A stretch of 62,604 nt of DNA, the filler included, from Vannella sp. (Eukaryota): NCBI GenBank assembly GCA_023345925.1. It is 7 parts of 7 records of this genome, joined end to end, with 100 filler letters (N's around TTAATTAATTAA, not from the genome) between each part and the next. Parts side by side here need not be neighbours in the genome. Positions count along the whole stretch, not along the records: positions 42,110 to 48,086 come from JAJQQN010000975.1; positions 48,187 to 57,971 come from JAJQQN010000338.1; positions 58,072 to 62,604 come from JAJQQN010001143.1; 4 more parts are not named here. The stretch is one strand, 5' to 3'. A program made the translations under genes and the position numbers. Positions 47,673 to 59,772 of this stretch are shown here, piece after piece (within the stretch, counting starts at the first letter, position 1; the number at the start of each line of letters is the position of its first letter). The notes below the pieces were generated by a model that searched no databases, had not been told where the DNA came from, and saw only the letters and a program-made list of their open reading frames with translations.

Positions 47673-48086
47673 ATGGAGGACTCCTCTGCTCGCTCTCTTG
47701 GTGAGAAGAGAGAGAGAAGCAAAGCATCTGGGCTGGAAGGTGGCCCCCTGTTGAAGCGGGTGAAGATCAAGGAAGAGGAAGAACCGGAGTCTTCGTTTAA
47801 GGGAGCTGGGGCTGAGCGAGGAGACGGCGGATCAAGTACTGAAGAAGATGACGACCACATGCTGGATAGAGGGGAGCTGAATAGCCCCCCGTGTAGAGGA
47901 GAAGAGGAGGAGGAGACAAGATCGTCGCCAAAGTTCTCTTCTCTCCCTCCCTCTTTGGTGCGAATGGGTATCGCGTATCCTTTCCGAGTCGAATACGCCG
48001 TCCGTCTTCGTTTTGATGACCGCTTTGTCTCTCCTCAGGGAGACCTGGAAGCTTCCGCACTTCCGGTTGCTTGGCACGGGGAGCCC
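47673..48086 (+). CDS. Tandem paralog of the preceding gene, 5' fragment
   Basis: YPFRVEYAVRLRFDDRFV...AWH aligns with VPIQLEYRVRVRMGDSLV...SWH; similar basic N-terminal motif (PLLKRVK). Confidence 0.6.
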
Positions 48087-48186
48087 NNNNNNNNNNNNNN
48101 NNNNNNNNNNNNNNNNNNNNNNNNNNNNNNTTAATTAATTAANNNNNNNNNNNNNNNNNNNNNNNNNNNNNNNNNNNNNNNNNNNN
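48087..48186. other. Artificial contig spacer
   Basis: Same linker. Confidence 0.98.
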
Positions 48187-48641
48187 ATCCCTTTCAGAAC
48201 CATTTGTCGATTCAATCTTTACCCGTTTGTGAGTGGAAAGTAACGCAGCAGGTGGATTGTTGAGGAAGCTTCCAATACCAATTCCACTCTGAACCTTGCT
48301 GCTTCCTGCATCCCAGAAGTCCAAAACGACCTTTTAGAAGCAGCCCGAGGTGCTCCATGGAGCAGTCCGCCCTCTCCCTCATCCAACAGTTCCTCCTTCA
48401 AGGCTGATTAATTCACTCTTCCTACCAACCAGTAGAATGAAAGCAGAGTAATGGGAGGAAATGGACGAGGAGCAGCGGCGTATTTACAGCGAGATTACAC
48501 GGGCATTCGTGGGCCCTTTGGACCATGGGAAGGAGGAGGTACTTTCAAAGGGTTATCACGTTATACATGGTTGGTAAGTACTTTATCTGGTGAACTCTCT
48601 CGCGGAGACTTCCCAAAAAACAGTTTGGAACGAAATGACTT

Positions 48642-50877
48642 TCATTCAGCTTCCGGAGAAACAATCTTGACCTGGATGCTGGAAAGAGAGTCAAAAATGA
48701 TGGATCTTGCAGTGGCAGCCAAATCCTCATCAATGTAGGACCAATGTAGGTGCAGTTCCAATGGACTTGAGACCGATACAGACAAAGAGCGAGCTGAGAT
48801 CACTTCTTCTTTCATCTCTACAGTGACCGGAGCCAACCACCGGCAGAGATCACGGAATAGATGGGCCGTAATTTGTTTGGACTCAGGATTCTTTTCGTTG
48901 AGTTCATTCGGACAAAAGGTAAGCTGCTGCGTTGTATCGAACGTCAGAGTGTGTTGCACCAATCCAAACTCTTTCATGGCCTCCTGTGGCTCCATTAAGC
49001 GGAGAGAGTGGTCACTATTGGCCACCAGTAGTCCTTGTACCGGGAGATGGTCCATAACGGCCGTTTTTTGCCGTTTAGAAATTCCATCTTCCACCAAAAA
49101 CGAAGCTAATTGCCTCTTCAGCAAGCTGCGAGAGACACTCACAGGAATTGAATGCGTTGCATCGATGTTCACGCTCTCTCCGTTTGCAGGGGCATAGCAA
49201 CTGATCCCAAGATCGCTCTCAATCTTCTTCAGAAGGTATTGCCTGATAGCTACTTGTCAGTACATCTGCAGCCAGCTGAATGAGAGGTTCTAACATTTTG
49301 GCTTTCTCGCCATGAACGAGAAGAACATTCTTCGGCTCTACCTGGCGAATGATTTGCATAATACCTTTGGCGTCTGCATGCGCACTAAAGGAGAGATGCT
49401 TGACCTTGCACTTGACCTCCATTGTCGTCTTCTTGTCGATTTCCACAGTCTGTTGGTTTACCCAAAGCAGTGAGAACCAAACAGACTCCAGTCAATCTGA
49501 AACCTACGTAGTTCTGTCTCTTCTTACCAGCCAAAAGCTTGTTCCCAACCGTCCCAACAACACAGTACCTTCCCACAATTGAGTGAAATCCCCATTCCTG
49601 GCATTCCCACATACCCTGGCATAATCACCATGTTCTTCTCTGAGCCCGCCCACTTCTTAAAGACCTCCAAAGAAGTCCCAGCGTGGAGCATTCCAGGTGT
49701 GGCAAAAAGTACTTGAGCCCCTGGTTCATCCGCCAAATGGCGCTCGAACGGCGCGATGTGCTTAAAGTCAAACATGTTTCTGTGACAGTTTGGTGAGATC
49801 CAGGGCCAAAGATTGAGACTATCCTACCGCTTGACAAAGGTTTCTTTGATCTTTTGGTTGGTCCAGTTGATAAACAGCTTGTAATAGTAGTTTGCCTTCT
49901 CAGTGAGACCGGCTGAGAAGTAGATAGGCACGTTCAGATTCATCTGCTCCCAGTAAGTGTCCAGGAGAATGCACAGTTCTTGTGCGCGTCCCAACGCGAA
50001 CACGGGGATGAGGACTTTGCCTCCATTGTCCACACATTTGTGGATTCGCTTGAGCAGATCTCGTTCACGGCAGCGTTTCGAGTCTCTGATCATCGTGGCA
50101 TACGTAGTCTCTGTGATGAATAAGTCCGGTCGAAGCTTCTCCATACTGGCAGCCCCCAAGTGACGATCGGGGGTCATGTTGTAGTCCCCTGTGTACACTA
50201 CGGACTGATCACCCACTTTGGCATAGAACATGCATGCACCAAGTACGTGTCCAGCATAGTAGGCGCGGATCTCCAGCTCATCATCGACGTAAATCGTCTC
50301 GTGAAGGTTCACGGCCACGACTTTCTTCATGCAGTTCTTGATCATCTGCGAGGTGAAGAAGTTTGTCTCTCCCTTCCGTTCCACAGTGATCTTTCGGTAG
50401 TCCTCTAACAAGATGGGGCAGATCGCCTTGGTGGGGTACTAGATAGGTGGGTGAGAGGTCCGAGGGAGCTGTTTTGTTGGCTTTGGGTGGTACTTACGGA
50501 CATGTAGATAGGCCCATTGAAGCCACACATCTCTGAGAAGTAAGGAAGTGCGCCGCAGTGATCCAAATGGCTTCGAGGGAGTCAGTGGTGTTCGATTGGG
50601 TCAAAGGAAGACCTTACAAGTGGGTTATGATGACGCAGTCGAGGATCTGATCAAAGTTGTTGGTTTTTGAGATGTAAGAGAAGTCAGGGAAGCGTCTCTC
50701 ATCGTTGTAGCCCATGTGCATGCCACAATCGAACATTATGTTCTTCCCCCCGATGGACACCAGTACACAGCTCCTTCCCACATCCTGCCCCGCTCCTATC
50801 CATCCCACATCATCAACACACACCTCAATCCTAACGAATGCACTCCTACCCAAGGGCACCACTTGGATCTGCGCCAT
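48642..50877 (-). CDS. INTS11: Integrator complex subunit 11 (CPSF73-like beta-CASP endonuclease), multi-exon
   Basis: [74 protein letters not shown] and LVHGE motifs. Confidence 0.95.
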
Positions 50878-50923
50878 CGGCAAGAGGAAGAGGGGAAATG
50901 CGCATTTCACCTTCCCCTTGGAC

Positions 50924-52494
50924 ATGAGGAAGCGGAGGGAGACGGTCAGCAAGTTCATTGCTCGTCGGTTTGACTCCTCTTCAGGGGTACCAGAGGTAGC
51001 AACACAGCGCGTGGTGTCTTGTGGAGAGCTACGAGATGCAGTGAAGACCCCGAAGACGACAGCGGCTGATGGCGTGGCTGAGAGTTGGAATCGAGGTGTT
51101 GAGAAGGTGCTGACGCAGTTGGGCAAGGACTTGCCTCGGTTTGCGAACAAGATCACGTTCGTTCCTCAGTCGAGACGTTCCGACATCCTTTCGGACTTCC
51201 AGTGCTTTGATGGAGGCTTTCAGCCCCTCTTTATGGATCCATACGGGACGCAACCTCCTTTGGATGAGATGGTAATCGCTGAGACTCGTACAGAGCAGCA
51301 GATGAGACAGCTACGAAGTGTGATTGAACTCTTCGCGGGATTCCTGGATCCTAGGGAAGCCCCCAAAGCTTACATTGAGAGCCACTTCGAAGAGAAATTC
51401 TTGGTTTGCTCTGACCTTGGGTTCGCATGCGCCCTCTTCTTGGAGAGAGCCTTTTTGGGCTCGGGGGAGGAAGTGCCTTCTGAATTTCCCACGGCTTCTC
51501 CTGTCGTCAATGTCCTTCGCTCTGTCACTCAAGGTCACTTTGCCGCAGTAGCTTCTGCTTTTCAAAGCCGCCTGGGGATGGAGAACTTTGCACGCCATCT
51601 CTTTCACAGAGTTTATGTGATTCTTCCAGACACTTCCTTTTCGGCACCTGCAGGTCCCCTTCTAGCGCAGGATTCGATCGAGATTGTGCACTATAAGGCT
51701 GAAAGTGCTTCATGGGGACATTTACAATGGTCGCTCACTGTGACAGTGGACTCCGAAGGCAAAGATATTCAGAAAATTCAGTTTGAGATCTTCCAACTCA
51801 GTTTTGAGCCGCATTTGACCGCAACCAAGATTGAAGATATCACAGCAGCATTGGAGCCTTTCTTTTCAGTCGATCTTGCGATTCAATTGGGTCGTCCAGT
51901 CGATTGGACGTTGGAGGGTTTGACGGACTGTGGGAGACTCGATGAAAAATGGGCCTGTTTGGGTGCAGCAGGCTGTCAAAAGCTAGTTTTAGATTACAAT
52001 CAGATACGAACATTCTCTGCTACTTTCTTGCTTCTATCAGAAAGCTTAACAAGCTTATCTGTCACTCGAAATGGTCTCACAATCTTCCCAAAGGAGTTTA
52101 CATCTCTGTGCCGCCTCAAGTGAGTTCTTCAACGTAACTCTAACGGATATTAACAAGACATAGGACACTATGTCTTGGGCTGAATCAGCTGGAAGAGATT
52201 CCGGATGAAATTGGCGGTTTAGCAGAACTGGAAGTTCTGATGTGTTCCAACAACCGCATCCGTCGTGTGCCTCCCTCCATTGGGCTTTTGCGCCGATTAC
52301 GCGTTCTAGCACTTGCTAGCAACCTTTTGGAGGAGTTCCCAAGAGCTGAGATTCTCTCATTGCCTTTGGAGAGTCTCACTTTGCACAACAACCCCGTCAC
52401 TAAGGACTTGGCCATTGGGCCCCTTCATTCTCCCCAGGACATCAGAGCTCTCCTTCTTCGGCTAGCACCTCTGAAGGAGGTTGGCTTTCCATAA
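50924..52494 (+). CDS. Protein with C-terminal LRRs and a possible GlfB-C-like region (spliced)
   Basis: [24 protein letters not shown] and LALASNLL LRRs; VNVLRSVTQ...WSLTVTVD segment recalls an amoebozoan GlfB-like domain (weak). Confidence 0.6.
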
Positions 52495-52614
52495 AGTTGC
52501 TGAAGGAGCAGCCGTCAGCTGACGCATTTCTTGGCTCCTTGAACCCCAGCAGAGAGGCAAAGCAAAGCGTGCGAAAGCAGCCTTCAACCCCACAAAGCCC
52601 GAAGACATGAAGGA

Positions 52615-52640
52615 AGGTTTAGGGTTTAGGGTTTAGGGTT
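52615..52640 (+). repeat. Interstitial telomere-like repeat (TTTAGGG)3
   Basis: AGG-TTTAGGG-TTTAGGG-TTTAGGG-TT in the intergenic region upstream of tilS. Confidence 0.85.
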
Positions 52641-52750
52641 CCTCAAGAAGATACTCCGTTTGCACTCCCAGCCAGGACTTGGACTCTCTTCTTAGCTACA
52701 TAGACTGAGTGGCTTCCTTTGAAAGGCCATCCACCAGAAGAGGAGAGAGG

Positions 52751-54450
52751 ATGATGGTGGAACAGTTCGGTTGGGGGAGGATGCGGAGGGCACCACCATT
52801 CGGTGTGGGAAGGTTTTGTTGGAGGATTGCGCGTAGGAGGGTGTCGGACCAGGTGATACAAGTGGAACAGTATCGCACAAGCTTTTTCCAAGCTCTGAGA
52901 GACTTGGAAGCGTTCCGCACGCGAGTAGAATCGCTTCCTCGCCTTACGATCTTCCCAAACCAAGCCCCAAATGGACAGAGTCCCCTTCCTCCGCTTCTGA
53001 AGCTTCGAGAACCTTCAACCGCAACTTCTCTTAACCAAGAAGCGAAGGACAACGTTCCTTTCCGCTTCGCGGTGGCCTGCAGCGGAGGCTCTGACTCGAT
53101 CTGCGCGACAATGCTGATGGCAGAGCTGTGCCGATCAGATGATCGGCTTGAAAGAGAGATCGAGCTGTTTGCGGTCCATGTGGATCATCAGCTCCGACCT
53201 GAATCCTCTTTTGAGGCAGAACAAACCCAAAACTTCCTTCAGAGCCAAGGTGACTCGTCCTATTCCGCCTGAAAGAGCCGTCTAACACCCTTTAGGCATC
53301 GATTGTCATATAGTCACTTTGAGTTGGTCCTCTGAAGTCCAAAAGAGGACGCAAAAGTCCCTTCGAGAGTTGGTAAGAGGTGCGTTATCCGCGTTACAAT
53401 GATGTTAAGCAACACAATAGCGTTATAATGCTCTAGTTCATGAGTGCCAAAAGAATGGTGGCTCTGCATTGATCTTTGGTCATAACTGGGACGACCAAGT
53501 GAGTCCCATTCTTCCCCTGTTTGCGTCCATTCTCATTACCGCTGCCCGACCAGATTGAGACCTTCCTAATGCGAATGAGTCGCTGTTCAACCTGGCAAGG
53601 TCTATCTTGCATGAAAGCAGCGTCTTATCATCACTCTGGAATTGCCATTCTTCGCCCCATTTTGGGGGTTTCCAAGTCATCCGTTCTGGCAACTTGCCGG
53701 CAGAACAACTGGTTCTGGGTGGAAGACAGTAGTAACCGAAGCCTCAAGTACACTCGAAACTCTCTTCGACATACTCTGGCTCACGAAGTTCCCGCCACTC
53801 TTCCTCTTTTAGCAGAACTCTTCAAGACTGCCAAAATCATTTCTCAAAGTATCGAAGAGAAGTCCTTTCTTCTCCTCTCTTCCATATCTATGATTTGGGA
53901 GTGCGGGGCCTTCACTATGACCAGAAAAGAGTTCGCTTCTTGGAGCCAAGACCAACGCATCTCTCAAGTCTATGCTCTCAAACAGGCACTTCAATGGATT
54001 TCAAGAGAACCGCACTCTGTGAAGCTACAAGCATGTGAAGATCTTCTCCGATTCATGGAGAATCTGCTGCCCGGGAAATGCTTTTCAATAGGAGGATGTC
54101 TTGTTCAGCAAAGCAAGGAAGGCTTCACATTCCTCCGCAGCTTTGAAGACGTCAAACCTGTTCTTTTTGAACAAAGTGAGATTCTCGAATTCGACAAACG
54201 CTGGCGTGTTAGATTCAGTGCCACAACTGGCAAGCCGATTGAACTTCAATATTGCAACCAAAGTCTTTGGCCATTGCTCAAGCGGAACCCCTTGTTTTCA
54301 TCGATTCTCCAGTCCTCGTCTCTTCCTCCAATTCTTCTGAGATGTTTACTCGTCATTCGGGTGAAAGAAACGCAAGAGATTCTTGGTCTCCCCCAACTTG
54401 GAGTCCACAGTCCAGGTGTCTCAAGTGTATGCACTTATGTTTGGAGATGA
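52751..54450 (+). CDS. tilS: tRNA(Ile)-lysidine synthase, organellar (3 introns)
   Basis: AVACSGGSDS PP-loop, VHVDHQLRPES, GHNWDDQ|IETFLMR, ILRPIL and WVEDSSN...RNSLR motifs; Arg-rich N-terminal extension. Confidence 0.9.
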
Positions 54451-54460
54451 AAGATAGTAT

Positions 54461-56962
54461 TCATGAAAAAAGGTCTTCCTCAGATGACTCGCCACTGTCT
54501 TCAGCTATGGAGAGTGGGGTGGTGGGGCTGGGGGAAGGTGCGTTGAGTGCCACTTCGGGCGCTGTTTCCTCCTCGCTATCAATGTTGATCTCAACATTGA
54601 GTTGGATTACTTCTCCGTCTATGTCATTAGAAGTTGCCTCAGTACTTTCTTGAGGGGGGACGGGATCAGCCAATCCCGCTTCAGCTCGGGCAGCTTGAAG
54701 AAGCCAAGCTGGAAGATTCTCTGTTGGGTCTCGACGAGGTCCGGAGTCATACGCAGGGGGAGCAGGTGCTTCACCGACCCAGACTCTGTCTAGAACTCGA
54801 AGGTATTCCACTGGATAGACCCCCCAGACCTCCCAGGTCTGAACAACTCGCATGACTCGCTCCTATTCGTTGAGGGCTCAGTCCAAGCACATTAAAAGCT
54901 TCACCTGAGAGTACTGACTTTGACATTCTTCGCAGAGATGCGCCCGGTAATGCGGAGGAACGATTGATGGAGATGGCGGAATATATCCGGAAGAATCACC
55001 TGAAGTTCTTCACGGAAGGATGTAGCGTGCGGTACAAAAGAGCTGTTATAGAGAAGATCCGATGCCAGGTAGAGTCCTGAGATCTTTTGAGACAAAGAAG
55101 TCGTTTCTGAAAGGACAAACTCCCCAAGAGTGGAACAAATCCTTGCTATGTGGTCGGTATGTTGCATTAAAGTGCCCATGGCCATCAGAATACTTATCCG
55201 AGAAGCGGTGAGCCCATCAAGAAGCTCCCGGATTTGCTTTTGGATAAGAGTGCTCTTTGCAGAACTCAATCCAGTTCGCTTCTCTGGTGATGATGGACGA
55301 GGTGGGCCACGTGCCGCAGATTCGGGAGAGCGGCGAGAAGATGGATTGGTGGCCCCAACATAGGGAGTGGGCGGGAGGAAATACGAACCCGTCCCTTGGA
55401 ATTGGAAGGGTTCGGTGCTCCATTGATGAGTGGAACTTCCTTGTTGGAAGGCAAAGATTCTCCATTGATAGTACGAGTGCTCTGAGCTTTGGATGTTTCG
55501 TAGAAACGCATAATCCGGATTGTCTATCTCCTTGTTGGCAACTAACTGTTCTACAGGAGGGTTCCTGGCCACAAACTGGGCCAATTTAGTTGCCAAAGTC
55601 TCCACTCGGTCACTTTGTGGAGTCAGAATCGGTAACGGGTCCTCCTGGTACCCGTTTGTGAGCAAGAGAGCAAGAATCTCACTGAATTGACTTACACGAC
55701 TTCCAGGAATCACTCGAACGGCAACAGGCGGGAGCATGGGCTGAGAGGGAACAGAAACTGCCTTTCCCCAGCCCACAGAAACCTCAAACCCGTCCACCTT
55801 GACGCAATGAAGGCTCTCAATCGCTCGTTCGGCAGAGCGCCGATTCATGTACGCTACGAAGCCGCAATTGTAGCCTCGAGAGCTCTCTTCGTTATCACGA
55901 GGCCACATGATCCTCATGCTAGCGACCTCTCCAAAGGGGCGGAACAACTCGTACAGCGCAGACTCCCGCGTGAGTGGGCTGATGTTGGAAAGGAACAAGT
56001 TGGTACTCTGCTGCGTGTCTGAAGTATCTGGCCATGATCCTGACGTCCTCGCACGTCTCTCAAGAGGAGGATTGTACTGATTCCTGCTCCCTTTGCTTAG
56101 TTTGCCTGTTTGAAGGACAATAGAAGCTTCCCTACCTGGCCAGCTCCTCCTTGAGTGAGTCGATAGCTCGTACTTTGCTACGGATAGGTGATTGCTGTCG
56201 CGGAGGCGGTGAATAGGCCCGTGGAGCAGGCGCAGCTCGCGAAGTCGGTGGTTGGTAGGTCTCCACTGAACCTAGCCCGCTCCGTTCGCTCTTACGGGAG
56301 GTAGAACTCTGTCCTTCGACACCTCCTCTGACAAAGCGCTGTCCAGAGGACAGAGAAGACTTGTCTTCCGTAAAGTAGCCGATAAGATCGCCCATCTGCT
56401 CTGCGGCTTCGCTCTCGGCTTTCTACTCGTCTAAGGGATAAGAAAGAGACACAGAGAGGTGATAGAATGGTTCTCGCCTTCTTCTTCTCCTCTTGGGCTA
56501 ACTTGTGCTGGCTGAAAGGGTTCTGGCGCTTCTTTCCCACCAACTTGTGGAGATCAGCGGCTGCAGTTCCCTCTTTACTCAGTGTCTAGGACACATAAGT
56601 GAGGTTAGACATGCAGAAGGAGAAGGAGAAGAGGAGGTGCAGCGGAGACCGACTTCAAGAGTGGAAGGAGCTAAAGAGCCCTTGTCCAAGCCATAAGGCA
56701 TCATCACGACAGGTGTTGTTGGGGCAGGTGGGCGAGGAAGGATCTCCTCTTGTCGTTCTCTTCGTGGAGACAAGGAATCACGGTCCCTTCGCTCTCGGTA
56801 TCGGTCCCTTCTCCATTCGCGGCTTCGGCTGCGTTCCCTTCGCCTCTCCCGACTTCTGCTGCGACTCCAACGTCGTGGACTCCTTTCTCTCCACTCATGA
56901 GAACGAGGACTGCGCCCACGGCGCTCAGGACTCCTCCTATCAGAGCTCCTCTCACGGCCCAT
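54461..56962 (-). CDS. U2SURP: U2 snRNP-associated SURP-motif protein (RS region - RRM - SURP - CID), multi-exon
   Basis: TNLFLSNI...MRIMWPR...CGFVAYM...VGWGK (RRM), NPDYAFL...HSYYQWR (SURP), LYLASDLLYNS (CID) and WEVWGVYP. Confidence 0.9.
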
Positions 56963-57036
56963 CGCCAAGGACGTCCACGAAATGACGGGAAAGGGGCGAA
57001 GGGAGTGTATTGAGAGCTCTTTGGGGCGCTATCTGA

Positions 57037-57971
57037 TCATTCTGCAGAGGGGACAACCTCGTAGTCTCCTTCAGAAGAGCCAGGAGCGTGTTTGGGAGGA
57101 GGAGGAGCTTGGGAGGGCGAGAAAGTGAAGGAAGGGCTTCCAATCCGGCTCTGTGAGGGTTCAATGAAGGATTCAATGGTTTGGGGAGCAAGTGAACGCG
57201 GGTAGGCTGGTGGATGCTCCTTGTGAACCAGTTCCAAGACGATCTCCTCCTCAGAGACATAAGAAGAGACAGAGGACTGTCTGGAAGGTGCCTTAGCGAG
57301 GTTGATGGTCCCTAAGGAAGAGGAAAACGGGTTGGGAGGGTCTTGAGAACCTCTTCCTTCCGCTAGAAGCTCTCCTCCTACCTGCCCTTCCACCTTCTTC
57401 CCTCTCCCTTCTTGGTCTGCTGGGAGCTCTCCTGGAAGAAGCTCTGCTGAAGGAAAGAGCTCTTGTGGAGGAAGCTCTGCCATCTCTTTCGCCCTCATTC
57501 GCTCTGCAATCGCATTGGCTTCTTCTGGAGAGAGGTCATCCAAGAACTGCTGGGGAATGGAAGTGAAAGGGAAGGCTTGGGAGAGGATAGGCAGAGCTGG
57601 TGTCAGCTCCTCGAACCAACGGACTCTCTCGCTAAACTCGGGATTCTTTCGGTTCCTTTTCAGGGCTCTTTCGATGTGGTGTAGCATTGAATGAAGTCGA
57701 GGTATGCGTTTGCTCTTACCTGCTCCACTCATGGCGGAGGCCACATCATCCCAAGGCACAGAAAAGTACAACAGTGTCTTACTGGCGCAAATGTCCAGTC
57801 CCAGAGCAATGAGGCCATCAAAAGACACAGAAGTATTGTCACAAGTCACACTAATGAGGGCAGGGTTGCAACGAACCAGATTGGCCAAGCCCACTGCGCC
57901 AGAGTCTCCCAATTTGTTGTCAGAAACATTCAATTCACACAAGCTACTGTGCCCTTGCAGGCCTCGGAGAA
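57037..57971 (-). CDS. 3' fragment of an RNI-like LRR protein (CARMIL-like) with a Pro-rich tail
   Basis: LNVSDNKLGDSGA and KTLLYFSVPWDD...IERALKRN pattern. Confidence 0.55.
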
Positions 57972-58071
57972 NNNNNNNNNNNNNNNNNNNNNNNNNNNNN
58001 NNNNNNNNNNNNNNNTTAATTAATTAANNNNNNNNNNNNNNNNNNNNNNNNNNNNNNNNNNNNNNNNNNNN
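57972..58071. other. Artificial contig spacer
   Basis: Same linker. Confidence 0.98.
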
Positions 58072-58991
58072 GTGAAGAGATGGCGTTGGAAGTACTTGCT
58101 CAGTTGGGAGAGTGCACTGATCTGTGCCTGCAGTTCCAAACGGCAGTCACATACGAGTTCAGTCGCCCGAGCCACAAGGACGGGGTTGAAGCTGAAGAGC
58201 AGCCGGCGGGCGACCTCTGGGCGCTCAACATCAGCTCGGAAGCGAAGGTACTCAGGCTGGTCTTCTTGTGAGCTGCATAGAGTGGCCATGCGACGCGAAA
58301 GAGGCTCAGCAGACGTCCATAAGACAGAGAGGCTCGCCTGGATGTGGGCGAGATTGAGCTCTACAGGGAAGCCGAAGAGGTTTGGCCTGTTGTAAAGGAT
58401 GTAGTTGAACCAGCGGACAAGTGCTCTCTCCTGCTTGATCAAGGAGAGTGGTAAGCGCTTGGGAACAACGCGAACAAGTGCCTCCTTTGCTGCTTCTGTC
58501 GATGTAACCGCCTCTGTGGGCCCTGTCTCTATCATACGGGGTGCTCCAAACTTGTTAGAAGTAGTTGGCTTGAGATTCAGACCAACTCCAGTGGCAAGGA
58601 AGCGGATAGACTCGGTCCCTTTGTTGGTTTGATGTTTGAGTACGATCGCCTCCTTCATAGAGGCAGGCTTCACCGGTTTCCACTTGATTATCAGGGTGGA
58701 CTTCTCCATAGGACCTAGCATGATGCGATCAATGGCCATAGAGAGACCCAAGGAGTCCTTAGTAGAGGGGAGAATGGCTTTGTTGCCTCGAAGGTTCATG
58801 GCGGGGTCTCCAGGGAACCTCTCTACACTGAGTTTAGAGATACAAGCGTCATCCTTCTCTAAGACGATCTGGATGCGCTTCTCCTCGCCCACAAGGACGC
58901 GGCCAAAGCTGACGGGGATCGTAGTTGGAAGTCGTCCCAGATGGAATGCTGCGGTAACCACTTGATTAGGAGCGTTCTCCTTGTCAGCCAT
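58072..58991 (-). CDS. Abnormal spindle (ASPM/Asp)-like protein, 5' part
   Basis: KEN box (ADKEN), ASH-like Ig domain (SFGRVLVGE...IKWKP), QERALVRWFNYIL and LLFSFNP...ELV motifs. Confidence 0.65.
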
Positions 58992-59075
58992 TACGTCAGT
59001 GAAGTATTCAAGTTCCAAACGGCTTTGAAAATGAGTTGTCAACCACCTCACGACAGACCGACACTTTCCCGCCCT

Positions 59076-59543
59076 TTATTCCCGCCCTTTTTCCTCTTTC
59101 TGGTTGAGGGCCTGAGGAGGGATTCTTAACTTGTGCAGAAGCTCAGGAAGGGTTCTGAACCAAGGTGCTAGTGCGCCATGCGTGAAATGGGAGGCAAAGG
59201 TGAAGCGGCCGGCCATGCAGTGAAGGTGGAGGTGGTGGACCGAGTTGAAGGGGGGAACGTGGAACCCGAACTTTGCACGTGCGAAGAGGGATTGGCGATC
59301 AGGTCCTAGAGCCTCTTTGATGATCTCACGCCCCTTCCTCCACAGAGAGTAGATGAAATCGCCATCCGCGCTCGTCAAACTGTTGACGTTGGTTATGTGG
59401 CGCTTTGGTATCAGCTGGATGTGTATCTCTGCATCCGGTCTGATGTCACGAAAGGCCAAAAGGTCCTCATCTTCAAAGATCACATCCGCAGACTCTTCTT
59501 TCCTCACAATGCGACAGAACACGCAATCCGCCTCCCCTTCCAT
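59076..59543 (-). CDS. Histidine-triad nucleotide-binding protein, HINT3-like
   Basis: CVFCRI, AFRDIRP, IPKRHI and GFHVPPFNSVHHLHLHC motifs. Confidence 0.9.
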   Translation of the reverse strand: MEGEADCVFCRIVRKEESADVIFEDEDLLAFRDIRPDAEIHIQLIPKRHITNVNSLTSADGDFIYSLWRKGREIIKEALGPDRQSLFARAKFGFHVPPFNSVHHLHLHCMAGRFTFASHFTHGALAPWFRTLPELLHKLRIPPQALNQKEEKGRE

Positions 59544-59772
59544 CCCCACCAAGAAATGGCCTTTGGAAAAGCTAACACTGAAGGAATGACTAGCACCAGC
59601 ACGAACAGGGTCCCTCCAAGTCGACTCTGGTGCTCAAACAAGGTGCTTAGCTGGAGACATAACCGGTTAAAATCCGGTTACCAAAATTATGTTCCTTCTT
59701 GATCTATTTCCCAAAATGTCGTAGAAGCGATAGAAATCGAATCATCAATTGGGGTTCATTTGGTGGGTTCTG

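Noticed and set aside
48187..48640. Possible gene start downstream of INTS11
   Set aside because: Only short ORFs with no recognisable motif before the gap.
52615..52640. True chromosome end
   Set aside because: Only three units, internal, with genes on both sides.
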